From an uncultured Gemmatimonadaceae bacterium (lineage in GTDB: Bacteria > Gemmatimonadota > Gemmatimonadetes > Gemmatimonadales > Gemmatimonadaceae), in NCBI GenBank assembly GCA_963817955.1, contig CAWFQK010000001.1:448001-512000 (forward strand): a stretch of 64,000 bases of DNA, read 5' to 3'. Positions 19,854 to 28,675 of this stretch are shown here, one piece after another (the first letter of the stretch is position 1; the number at the start of each line of letters is the position of its first letter). Below the pieces are notes generated by a model, which was given only the letters and a program-made list of their open reading frames with translations, was not told the DNA's origin and made no database searches. The position numbers and the translations under genes are program-made.

Positions 19854-20087
19854 GTGGAGCGGGCCCAACGCCTGATGGGCGATGCGCTGCGACGGTGCCT
19901 CGACGGTCTGGAGGCGATCGGCTCAGTCGGCATTTTCCTCGACTCCCACGACGAGGCGAGCACGCGGTTCTACCAGGGCCTCGGGTTTGAACTGATCCCG
20001 CATCTCCCGTCGATGACTGCTCCCTACCGGCAGCCGATGTTCCTCTCGATGAAGACGCTTCGGTTCGCGAAACGGGCGGGCACGTAG
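19854..20087 (+). pseudogene. 3' fragment of a second GNAT toxin
   Basis: LMGDALRR..IGSVGIFLDSHD..FYQGLGF..PMFLSM resembles the C-terminal half of 13139-13678. Confidence 0.7.
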
Positions 20088-20097
20088 ATCGGCCCCG

Positions 20098-20412
20098 CTA
20101 CGCCATGCGGCGCTGTGCTGCTGCACGCTCCTCGTGCTCGAACGCGTCGGCGAAGCTCTCGGCCTCCTCCCGTGTGAAGCCCAGGGAGGCTGCCATCTCG
20201 CGCCATCCGGCGACGGCGCGCGGCGCGAATTGCGGTCCTCGGACCAATGGGAGCGTTGGGTCGATCTTGTAGCGTGCCGGATCGCTGAGCCATGTGGCGG
20301 CGTACTCGAACGCCGCGTGCTCCCGCCGGCCCTCCTGCGTGTAGCGGATCTGCCCGACGAGGGTGTCACCAACGAGCACATCAAGCTGGCGCTGTACGGA
20401 GGGGGAGACCAC
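20098..20412 (-). CDS. Mini-HipA: N-terminal subdomain fused in frame to the C-terminal tail (kinase core absent)
   Basis: First ~60 aa align with the start of the 14638 HipA and the last ~40 aa with its end (FADAFEH). Confidence 0.7.
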   Translation of the reverse strand: MVSPSVQRQLDVLVGDTLVGQIRYTQEGRREHAAFEYAATWLSDPARYKIDPTLPLVRGPQFAPRAVAGWREMAASLGFTREEAESFADAFEHEERAAAQRRMA

Positions 20413-20415
20413 GGG

Positions 20416-20745
20416 CTACTTGGGCTGGGGGGTACGCTTGGGCCGGACCTTTTTTGGCAGATCGGCGATCTCCAGGGCAGTCCCCATTTCGTCGGCCTGT
20501 GGGTCGGCACTGCGTTCGAAGCTTTCCCACTCGAGGCCGAGAACGAACATCGCCATGAGGTACGTCCCCATGGCCACGGTGGGGTCGCCGCCCTCGACCC
20601 GGCTATAGGTCTGGCGGCCCACTCCGATGCGCTCGGCCATCATCGCGGCGGTCAGCTTGCGGCGCCGGCGAGCGACGTTTATACCGCGACCGAGCTGGAC
20701 CATCGAGCGTCGGACCCTGGATGGAAGAACGTCAGATGTAGTCAT
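20416..20745 (-). CDS. XRE HTH antitoxin, paralogue of 14309-14641
   Basis: ARRRRKLTAAMMAERIGVGRQTYSRVEGGDPTV. Confidence 0.85.
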   Translation of the reverse strand: MTTSDVLPSRVRRSMVQLGRGINVARRRRKLTAAMMAERIGVGRQTYSRVEGGDPTVAMGTYLMAMFVLGLEWESFERSADPQADEMGTALEIADLPKKVRPKRTPQPK

Positions 20746-20903
20746 ATGCACGATAAAACAGGTGACATTGCTTATTAGGCATGATATATCACGCTTAACA
20801 AGCGTGTCAACGGCAAGCACTGCGCTCCGCATGGGCTGGGTGCGAAGGATACGTGATTGGCCTTCCGCGTGGCGGCCGGAATCCGAGCCGAGCCGCGGGT
20901 GGC

Positions 20904-21152
20904 TGTGATCAGTTTTCAGTTTTCAGTGGTGAGTGGTGAGTATACGGGGCCTGCGCACCAGGGTGCCTGGCGCGCAGGCCACTATCGCCGGTCGGCGAGG
21001 TTCGGGTGTCCAGTTGTGCGTTGTGAGCTGTGAGTTTTAAAAACGCGCAACGCATAACACACTACTGGCAACTCGAACCTCGCCGACCGGCGGGCCAACC
21101 GCTACGGAGCAGCCAGCGACATCCAGCCGGAATAGAGCCCGGAGTCCAATCC
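20904..21152 (+). repeat. R element copy 3
   Basis: Same core; flanked by a family-A ATPase scar (20847-20885) and a cytochrome 3' scar (21180-21248). Confidence 0.95.
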
Positions 21153-21469
21153 ACGCCTGCGCCAGTCGGCGATCGAGCCCTACGGCCAATTCACGCCCAT
21201 GGTGCGGTACGCCGCACCGGGCGGAGCATCCCCCCTTCGGCCAGTCGAAGACGGGCTATATGACTACTATGACCTGGGCTAAACGACTACTACAAGGTCG
21301 AACCTGGCACCTTTCCGTAACGCGTGTAGTATCCCCTATCGGCAGATGCCATGGGATACTTGCTATCCAGTCCGTATTTCTGGGATACTGGTCCAATATC
21401 CCTCACGCATATATTCTCCATTGTTGGGATATACGAGTGGTAGTCTCCCTTTACCTACATCTAGGGAAT

Positions 21470-22756
21470 ATGACCGCGCCCACCACAGCCCTACCATCGC
21501 TCCCAAACCTGTGGAACGTCTTCAATCTCCGCGAGACGCCTTACTTCCAGAACACCCTTGGAAGTTCTGCGCAAGGCTATCCGCTGAGCTTGTTTGTCGG
21601 TCGGGAGCAAGAGACGCAGACGCTACTCGCCGGCATAGGCGGTACACGCTCTTCGCGCGCGGCGATTTGCGGTGCGGCTGGGGTTGGGAAGACAACCCTC
21701 GTCCAACAAATCAAGGCGGCTGCCATCGCCGCCGGCTACTTCGCCACGGACGAACTGGTACCCGTGTACGAGGACGATGACATTGAGCGCCTGTTGGGAC
21801 GGATGCTCAGCGTACTCTACGACACGATCCTCGCAGCGCGCCCGCACACCGCCGATCACGCGGTTATGCGCGACGCGCAACAACTCGTCAAGGTCGCCCG
21901 CTTGACCGCTGGCGGCGCGAACGTGTCCGTTCTCGGAATCGGCGTCGGCGGAAGCCGCAGTACCAACCTCGTGACCCCGCCGGGGGCGATGCTTCTCGAC
22001 GGCCCGCGCATCATGCGCGCGATGTTGGCGCTCGTACAAGAAGCCGAGTCGCAGGGCGTGGTGATGCACCTGAACAACCTGGAGAACCTCTCCGATAAAG
22101 GCGCCACACGAGCGGCGGACCTTCTCCGGTCGCTGCGAGATACAGTCCTCCTACTCGAGGGGCTGCACATTCTCTTGGTCGGCACCGTTGACGCAGTCTT
22201 CCGAGCTGTGAACACGCACGCGCAAGTTCGCTCGATCTTTCCCGTTCCGCTGGTGTTGCACGCAATGCCAATCGACGACGTGCAGCGCTTGCTGGCGGCA
22301 CGTTACGCGTACCTGGCCATTGACGATCGTACGCCCGTTCCGCCCGCCGCCCCCGAGGCTGTTGGGCAACTCTATCCGCTATTCCGCGGTGACCTGCGTT
22401 CCCTCTTGAGTGCTCTCGACGAGGGAACTCGGCTCCTCATTGGGACGGTACCGGCCGGAACCTCCATTCCGTTCGACCTCCTACACCCCGCTCTTCGCGA
22501 ACGATACGAAGCGGTGCTCAACGAGCGACTCAGCGAGATCCGCCGTCGCTATCTCGAGGCGTGGGCCGCAGTAGGTGCTGAGACGGCGCAGACGCAATTG
22601 GAGCTACAGGGCCTCTGGGCGCTGACACAAAGCAAGGTCTCGAAGACGCTCGCGGAGCTTGAAACGCAGGGATACGTGATTGGCCTTCCGCGCGACGGGC
22701 GGAGTCCGAAACAGTACGTATTGAGCGGCGTGAGCCGCCTGATCTTCGCGGCGTGA
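21470..22756 (+). CDS. Stand-alone P-loop ATPase, family A paralogue
   Basis: WNVFNL..PYFQ, LSLFVGRE, GAAGVGKTT, MHLNNLENL, FRGDLR, YVLSGVSRLIF. Confidence 0.85.
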   Translation: MTAPTTALPSLPNLWNVFNLRETPYFQNTLGSSAQGYPLSLFVGREQETQTLLAGIGGTRSSRAAICGAAGVGKTTLVQQIKAAAIAAGYFATDELVPVYEDDDIERLLGRMLSVLYDTILAARPHTADHAVMRDAQQLVKVARLTAGGANVSVLGIGVGGSRSTNLVTPPGAMLLDGPRIMRAMLALVQEAESQGVVMHLNNLENLSDKGATRAADLLRSLRDTVLLLEGLHILLVGTVDAVFRAVNTHAQVRSIFPVPLVLHAMPIDDVQRLLAARYAYLAIDDRTPVPPAAPEAVGQLYPLFRGDLRSLLSALDEGTRLLIGTVPAGTSIPFDLLHPALRERYEAVLNERLSEIRRRYLEAWAAVGAETAQTQLELQGLWALTQSKVSKTLAELETQGYVIGLPRDGRSPKQYVLSGVSRLIFAA

Positions 22757-22835
22757 GCCGCCTGATCTTCGCATGGTGGCCGGGCGTGCCCCCAGGCTGA
22801 TGGGACGTGCTCGTTGGCGCTACTCGCGAAGCCAA

Positions 22836-22880
22836 AGCCCGAGCCGAGCCGAGCCGAGCCGAGCCGAGCCGAGCCGAGCC
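22836..22880. repeat. (GAGCC)n pentamer microsatellite
   Basis: About 8-9 tandem copies; only two copies at the homologous junction near 20885. Confidence 0.9.
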
Positions 22881-22889
22881 GCGGGTGGT

Positions 22890-23133
22890 TGTGATCAGTT
22901 TCCAGTGGTGAGTTGTGAGTATACGGGGCATGCGCACCAGGGTGCCTGGCGCGGAGACCACTATCGCCGGTCGGCGAGGTTGCGGGTGTCCAGTTGTGCG
23001 TTGTGAGTGGTGAGTTTTTGAAACGCGCAACGCATAACTCACCACTGGAAACTCGAACCTCGCCGACCGGTGGGCCGACCGGTACGGAGCAGCCAGCGAC
23101 ATCCAGCCAGTCAACACCCGGAGCCCAATCCCC
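22890..23133 (+). repeat. R element copy 4
   Basis: Same core sequence. Confidence 0.95.
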
Positions 23134-23235
23134 GCCTGCGCCAGTCCGCTCTAAAGGTCGAACCTGGAACCCTTTGACCGATCGTGGGCGAGTGGTACAT
23201 TCCCTCTAAGGGAATATTCCACTGAGGATCTGCGA

Positions 23236-23563
23236 ATGAGCCACATCATCGGGTACCTGACGATCGATCAGAAGGGGCGCACGACGTTTCCCCAGGAAAT
23301 GCGGAAGCAGCTCGGCATCACCGCCGGGGTGCAACTGCGCATTGAGCAGGCGGACAACGGGGCGTTCGAGCTCGTGCCGGCGGTGTCGATTCCTCAGGAT
23401 CAGTTGTTCTATCACTCTCCGGAAGGTCGCGCACGCCTGGAGCGCGCCGAGGAGGACATTCGGCTGGGTCGGGTGACTCGTACCCATGGCGCCGAGTGAG
23501 GCACAGGAATTCCTCGACTCGCTCAAGTCCGCCACCGGGCCTGGCAGACCGTCCAGACGCTGA
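23236..23563 (+). CDS. AbrB/MazE-fold antitoxin (probable +1 frameshift near 23492)
   Basis: TIDQKGRTTFPQEMRKQLGI; the ORF stops at 23499, but the shifted frame continues SEAQEFLDSLKS..* to just before the toxin ATG. Confidence 0.75.
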
Positions 23564-23569
23564 GGCGAC

Positions 23570-23857
23570 ATGGCACGTAAGCAATCATTCCTCAACGCAG
23601 TTTGGACCGAGCAGTTCAAGGAGAGCTACGCAGCGATTCAAGCGAACGAGCAGAAGTCCGCTGACAAGGTCTCGTTCGCGATCATGAAGGGCGAGGTGAC
23701 TCCCGGCATGCGGGTCAAGCCAATCGAGCCGGAGAAGTATTTCAACGAGGCGCGGCTGGACGATGGGGACCGCCTCGTTCATCGGATACAAGAGGGCACG
23801 GTCTACTTCGTTGACATCGTGCCTCACGATCAGATCAACAAGTACGGTAGACGCTGA
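23570..23857 (+). CDS. Putative RelE-superfamily toxin
   Basis: 95 aa; WTEQFKESY, EARLDDGDRLV, VDIVPHD; downstream of the antitoxin. Confidence 0.65.
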   Translation: MARKQSFLNAVWTEQFKESYAAIQANEQKSADKVSFAIMKGEVTPGMRVKPIEPEKYFNEARLDDGDRLVHRIQEGTVYFVDIVPHDQINKYGRR

Positions 23858-24056
23858 GTAGTGCGCCTCAGCCGCGCCGCGGGGTGACTGTGGTCAGTGA
23901 CCAGTTGTCAGTTGTCAGTTGTCAGTGGTCAGTGGTCAGTGGTCAGTATACGGGTCATGGGCACCAGGGCGCCTGGCTCGCAGGCCACTATCGCCGGTCG
24001 GCGAGGTTCGGGTGTCCAGTTGTGAGTTGTGAGCTGTGAGTTTCTAAAAACGCGGT

Positions 24057-24224
24057 ACAAACCGGTCTGATAGGTGAGCAACAAACCGGTCTGATAGGTG
24101 AGCAACAAACCGGTCTGATAGGTGAGCAACAAACCGGGCTGATAGGTGAGCAACAAACCGGGCTGATAGGTGAGCAACAAACCGGGCTGATAGGTGAGCA
24201 AACAGACCGGGCTGATAGGTGAGC
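24057..24224. repeat. 24-bp tandem repeat, about 7 copies
   Basis: ACCGG(T/G)CTGATAGGTGAGCAACAA; the first three copies have T and later ones G; no spacers. Confidence 0.95.
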
Positions 24225-24299
24225 TTGGGTGAGACAGCCTGGACCGGCCGGAAACGGTACGATGCTGCGACCTAGACTGCGGCCGCGCAGCTTTTGCAC

Positions 24300-24677
24300 A
24301 TGCAGGATTTTCGCCGGCTCAAAGTATGGGACAAGGCTGTCGCTCTGGCGCTCGGAGTCCGAAGGGCTACGACGCGGTTTCCAAAGCAGGGCTATTCGGA
24401 ACTGAAAGCGCAGCTGGTCTCGGCTGCCGAATCGGTGGGCAACAACATCGTCGAGGGTTGCGGCGCGAGCACGCAGAAAGAATTCGCGCGCTTTCTGGAA
24501 ATGTCCGTGAAGTCCGCGATGGAGCTCGAGGGCGAACTGGAGCTGGCGTACCGGTACGACGTGCTGCAGGAACGCGACCGGCGCGCCCTTGGCGCAATGA
24601 CAGTCGAGACGCGCCGAATGCTCTGCGGTCTGCGGAACAAGGTGCTGAGCACCACCGGTGAGACCCCACCCCGTTAA
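24300..24677 (+). CDS. Four-helix-bundle protein (23S rRNA IVP-like family)
   Basis: MQDFRRLKVWDKA, FPK..LKAQL..AAESVGNNIVEG, EFARFL..S..EL. Confidence 0.9.
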   Translation: MQDFRRLKVWDKAVALALGVRRATTRFPKQGYSELKAQLVSAAESVGNNIVEGCGASTQKEFARFLEMSVKSAMELEGELELAYRYDVLQERDRRALGAMTVETRRMLCGLRNKVLSTTGETPPR

Positions 24678-24820
24678 CACTCACAACGCACAACTCACAA
24701 CTGGAAACTCGAACCTCGCCGACCGGTGGGCCGCCCGCTACGGAGCAGCCAGCGACATCCAGCCGGCCAACACCCGGAGCCCAATCCACGCCTTCGCCGG
24801 TCCGCGATCACTCAGCCGGA

Positions 24821-25843
24821 CTACGGCAATTTCGTGCCTACCGTGCGGTACGCCGCATCGGGCGGAGCATCCCCTTTCGGCCAATCGAGTTCCTTCCCGA
24901 CAAAATCCGGACGTGGCTTCGACACGATATATGCCGCCACGTCGAACGCTTCGCCGGGCGCGAGTGTGCCCGGTCGGTTGAATGGCATGCTGGCCTGGAT
25001 GAACGCCGCCGCGGTGCGCAGTCGAGCCATGCCTGCGCCGACATTGAACGAGGAAGCCCCCCATAGCGGCGTTGCGATCGTCGTCCCCTCCCCATTCGCG
25101 CCGTGGCAGGCTGCACAATTGAGCGCAAACACTGCTCGGCCCCGCGCGGTATCAGGCGGGCTTGCCGGGGCATTCACCTTCAGCGCCTGGGTGCCGTCGT
25201 TGCGGACTTGCGCCGAGGGGCGTGAGAGGTACGCCATGTAGGCGACCAGGTCGCGCATCTCGCGGCTGTTCTCCGGGAGCGCGCGACCGTTCATGCTGCG
25301 ACGAAGGCAGCCGTTCACGCGATCGGCCATCGTCAAAATCTTGCCCTCGCGGGCGCGATACTGCGGAAAGCGCGCATAGACTCCCAGCCAGGGGATCGCG
25401 CCATTTCGCATGCCGCCGTCGAGATGACAACTCGAGCAGCGGAGCACGTTGCCCGTGTAGCCGGGCAAACTGTCTCGCGTTGCGTCGGCAATGGCGCGAC
25501 CCCGGAGGACGGCCGCGCGAACCTGGGGGGTCAACTCGACGTTATTTGGGATCGAGAAGGCCGTGGGAGACTCCACAATCGAGGGCTCCGTCGCGACCAA
25601 CGACTCGTGCTGTACGAAGCGCGTGACGGCGAGCACACTGGCGAGCGCGGCGCCCGCGCCGACGGTTGCCAATATGCGCCGCTTCGTTCGGCGGCCGATA
25701 CGCTGGCTGATGGCCTGCACGGGCCGGGCGATCATGGGCCCGATCAGGAAGAGAAGCACGAACGTGAGCCACGCCAGACCCGCGATGCATAGCACGAGGC
25801 CGAGCGCAATCGCCAGAATGCCAAGCGGTCCGTGAGTTTCCAT
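24821..25843 (-). CDS. TsdA-like diheme cytochrome c, copy 2
   Basis: Same motifs as 9260-10297, with many substitutions and a different C-terminal tail. Confidence 0.8.
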   Translation of the reverse strand: METHGPLGILAIALGLVLCIAGLAWLTFVLLFLIGPMIARPVQAISQRIGRRTKRRILATVGAGAALASVLAVTRFVQHESLVATEPSIVESPTAFSIPNNVELTPQVRAAVLRGRAIADATRDSLPGYTGNVLRCSSCHLDGGMRNGAIPWLGVYARFPQYRAREGKILTMADRVNGCLRRSMNGRALPENSREMRDLVAYMAYLSRPSAQVRNDGTQALKVNAPASPPDTARGRAVFALNCAACHGANGEGTTIATPLWGASSFNVGAGMARLRTAAAFIQASMPFNRPGTLAPGEAFDVAAYIVSKPRPDFVGKELDWPKGDAPPDAAYRTVGTKLP

Positions 25844-25878
25844 ACGGCTCTAGTGTTCCAGAACTGGCTTCGAGGCAA

Positions 25879-26688
25879 TCACCTGCGAGGATCGGTGCTT
25901 TGCCGTTCGGTGTGTTCGCGGCGGATGACGTGGCGGAGGCTTTCGAGCTCCTGGATGCGGGGACGCCAGTATGCCTCGTCCGCGGCGCGCTCTCGCGTCT
26001 CCTCGTCCGCGAGGGCGCTTCCGATCTCCTGTTCCGAACCTCCCTGCGCGGCGATTGCGGTCGCCTGGCGGGCGGCCGACAGTTCGGGAAGGAGCGCGGC
26101 GATCTCGGAGGGTGCGGCCTGAGCGCGCGCGACGCATTCGGCAAGAAGCGCGGGCGTGCGTAGCTCGCGCAGCCAGAAGCGAAACCGCTCAGGCGTCGGC
26201 TCGAGCTCCGGATCCAAGTAGTGGCGTTCGACGAGCCGTCGGACCATGGGCCAATCCTTGTCGCGGCGTGTCTTCTTGCAACGGACCAAATCCTCGAGGC
26301 CGAGCACTTCGAGCTCGCCAAGGTCGCCGAGGGCGAACGTGCTCCGGCGGGCCCAGCATTCCGCAAACGAGGGGACGTTCCGCATCGACGCCATCACGTC
26401 GATCCGCATGCCCGCCGCCGCTGATCCTGGGCCGCATTCAAAGTGGACCGCGTGTCCGCGTGCCAGGTACTCCGGCTCGAAGGGGGGAACGGCGGTGACG
26501 CGCGCCGCGAGGGCCGAAAGTGCTGTTTGCAGTCGCCGCAGGTTATCAGGCTCCGCGAGGATGGCGATGTCGGTGTCGCGGCTAAACTCCGCGGCGCCGT
26601 AGAGGATGCACGCCTGCCCGCCCATGAGCAGGTAGCGAACGCCATGTTCGCGCATGGAAGAAAGGACTCTGCGAGTCGGGCTCGACAT
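25879..26688 (-). CDS. Nucleotidyltransferase-superfamily protein
   Basis: YLLMGGQACILYGAAEFSRDTDI, RIDVM, LVRCKKTRRDKD. Confidence 0.75.
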   Translation of the reverse strand: MSSPTRRVLSSMREHGVRYLLMGGQACILYGAAEFSRDTDIAILAEPDNLRRLQTALSALAARVTAVPPFEPEYLARGHAVHFECGPGSAAAGMRIDVMASMRNVPSFAECWARRSTFALGDLGELEVLGLEDLVRCKKTRRDKDWPMVRRLVERHYLDPELEPTPERFRFWLRELRTPALLAECVARAQAAPSEIAALLPELSAARQATAIAAQGGSEQEIGSALADEETRERAADEAYWRPRIQELESLRHVIRREHTERQSTDPRR

Positions 26689-26914
26689 CGAGACTGCCTC
26701 CGAGATCGGTGAACGTCTGCCATAATTGCTCCGCCTCGCGCCACCGATCCTGCGGACTCAGTCGATACCAGTCTGCCCATTCCGGGCCGACGAGCGCGAT
26801 CAGCGCGTCCGGTTCAAAGTAGGCGGACGGCGCCACGCTGCGAGCCGTGCCGACAGCACGGTTCCCCAGCGCACTCGACCTGACTGTTCGAGCCATCCCG
26901 TTATCGTCGTGCAT
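26582..26914 (-). CDS. Small protein overlapping the nucleotidyltransferase (putative partner)
   Basis: EWADWYRLSPQDRWREAEQLW; upstream and overlapping position. Confidence 0.55.
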   Translation of the reverse strand: MHDDNGMARTVRSSALGNRAVGTARSVAPSAYFEPDALIALVGPEWADWYRLSPQDRWREAEQLWQTFTDLGGSLDVEPDSQSPFFHARTWRSLPAHGRAGVHPLRRRGV

Positions 26915-27005
26915 TCTATCACTATATGGGTTTCAGCAGGTTCGCTCAAGGCAGATAGCTGACGGCTCGCGGCTGCGGCCGCGCGACTGACGACTGACAA
27001 CCGTT

Positions 27006-28124
27006 TTACTGATGACTGAAGGCGGAGGAACTGATTGCGTAGCTCGTACTGCGACCGCCTGCGGGACCTTTGCTGAGGATGTTCAATTCTACCAGGGCGA
27101 CGATATCCCGGATGGCCGTGTCCTGAGAGCACTTTCCGATCTTGGCCCACTTCGATGAGGTGAGCTTACCCTCAAAGCCATCGAGCAGCAGGTTGAGCAC
27201 CTTGATCTGGCGCCCGTTGAGTTGGGCGGCAGCGTGCCGCTGCCAGAAGTGAGCCTTGGAGAGCACGGCAGAAAGGGTGGCCTCGGCGCCGTCGATCGCG
27301 CGGTGCAAGCATCCGAGAAACCACTCCATCCAGCGCGTCACATCGACGGTGTCTTTTTGAGTCCGCTCGAGGGCGGTGTAATAGGCGCGTCGTTCGGCCT
27401 GGATCTGGGCCGACATGCTGTAGTAGCGCTGGGGGCAGTTCTCCGAGCGCGCCAGGGCGAGGTCGGCGATCGCGCGCGCAATGCGACCGTTGCCATCGTC
27501 AAACGGGTGGATCGTGACGAACCACAGGTGTGCGAGTGCGGCTTTCAGGACGGGGTCGATCGCCGGCGACGCGTTGAACCAATCGAGGAAGCGCCCCATT
27601 TCGGCGTCGAGGCCCTCTGCTGGTGGAGCTGAATAGTGGACCCGCTCGTGACCGATGGGTCCGGAGACGACCTGCATTGGCCCTCCGGAGTCATCACGCC
27701 ACGCCCCAACACGGATTTTGCTCATGCCGGTGCGGCCGGTTGGGAAGAGTGCGGCGTGCCACCCAAAGAGCCTGTCCTCCGTCAGCGGATCCGCGAAGTT
27801 ACGAGTGGCGTCGAGCATCATTTCCACGACGCCTTCGACGTGACGATCAGCCGGAGTGAGCGCGCCAACATCAATCCCAAGGCGGCGGGCGAGGGATGAT
27901 CGCACCTGAACGGCGTCCAGCTTCTCGCCCTCGATTTCGCTCGTTTTCAGAACATCCTGCGTAAGAGTTCGGAGGAAGGCCTCCTCACGCAGCGCGAACC
28001 CGAGCGACTCCATGCGGCCGAGTAGCCGTCCCTGCTCGTGGTGCAAGTCGGCCAAGGGTTGAGCCAATCGCAGCTCGTCCCAGCGAAGCTTCGGCCACTC
28101 CGGCTGTTCCCATATGTAGCGCAT
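27006..28124 (-). CDS. Fic-family protein copy 2 (last codons replaced by an E2-repeat fragment)
   Basis: Near-identical to 16024-17124 up to ..STSYAI. Confidence 0.92.
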   Translation of the reverse strand: MRYIWEQPEWPKLRWDELRLAQPLADLHHEQGRLLGRMESLGFALREEAFLRTLTQDVLKTSEIEGEKLDAVQVRSSLARRLGIDVGALTPADRHVEGVVEMMLDATRNFADPLTEDRLFGWHAALFPTGRTGMSKIRVGAWRDDSGGPMQVVSGPIGHERVHYSAPPAEGLDAEMGRFLDWFNASPAIDPVLKAALAHLWFVTIHPFDDGNGRIARAIADLALARSENCPQRYYSMSAQIQAERRAYYTALERTQKDTVDVTRWMEWFLGCLHRAIDGAEATLSAVLSKAHFWQRHAAAQLNGRQIKVLNLLLDGFEGKLTSSKWAKIGKCSQDTAIRDIVALVELNILSKGPAGGRSTSYAISSSAFSHQ

Positions 28125-28232
28125 AATCTCCGTACCTCCTGAGGAGATTATAGTCGCCAATCACCGCACGTCCAAGTCAATCGCCGCATTCTATGCGGAT
28201 ATTAGCGTGCTCTCGGCTATTTTGCCGTTCCT

Positions 28233-28415
28233 GTGGTCGCAAAGCTGACCGCTTCCGTACGTGCGCTCGAGGCCCTCTGGAAGACCTCGTACACCACCGC
28301 GAATGAGACTGTCAAGCGGCTAGTCGAGGCAGGGTATCTGACGACCCGTCCTCCCACGGGTCGCCCAGCGATGCGGTACGGCGCGACCGGCGCAACGCGT
28401 CTGGCGTTGTGGTGA
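28233..28415 (+). pseudogene. 3' scar of a further family-A ATPase (wHTH tail)
   Basis: LEALWKTS..VKRLVEAGYL..RYGATGATRLALW* parallels LRGLWKLS..LVRQGYV..YVLSGVSRLIFG*. Confidence 0.6.
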
Positions 28416-28643
28416 GGTGTCAGTGGTGAGGTGTGAGTGGTGAGTTGTGAGTATACAGGCCCTGTGCACCAGGGTGCCTGGCTCGCAGGCTACTATCGCC
28501 GGTCGGCGAGGTTCGGGTGTCCAGTTGTGCGTTGTGAGTGGTGCGTTGTAAAAACGCGCAACGCATAACTCATCACTGGAAACTCGAACCTCGCCGACCG
28601 GTGGGCCGACCGGTACGGAGCAGCCAGCGACATCCAGCCGGTC
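28410..28643 (+). repeat. R element copy 6
   Basis: Same core; the 3' end is cut by a REP-like sequence. Confidence 0.95.
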
Positions 28644-28647
28644 CACA

Positions 28648-28675
28648 GAGATTCTTCGCTTCGCTCAGAATGACA
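28648..28675. repeat. REP-like sequence GAGATTCTTCGCTTCGCTCAGAATGACA
   Basis: Related copies at 35277-35327 and 40639-40684. Confidence 0.7.

Larger units (their letters stand above)
23888..24787 (+). repeat. R element copy 5, split in the hairpin loop by an ~620-bp insert
   Basis: Left part 23888-24053; right arm and 3' segment 24678-24787. Confidence 0.9.

Noticed and set aside
24057..24224. CRISPR array
   Set aside because: The units are contiguous with no unique spacers, and there are no cas genes in the window.
24300..24677. Diversity-generating retroelement or 23S rRNA intervening sequence
   Set aside because: No reverse transcriptase, no TR/VR pair with adenine-specific differences, and no rRNA sequence nearby.
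23929..24680. Minus-strand ORFs with (LLTYQPG)n or (CCSPISPV)n repeats
   Set aside because: These are translations of the 24-bp array and the R element, antisense to a recognisable gene.
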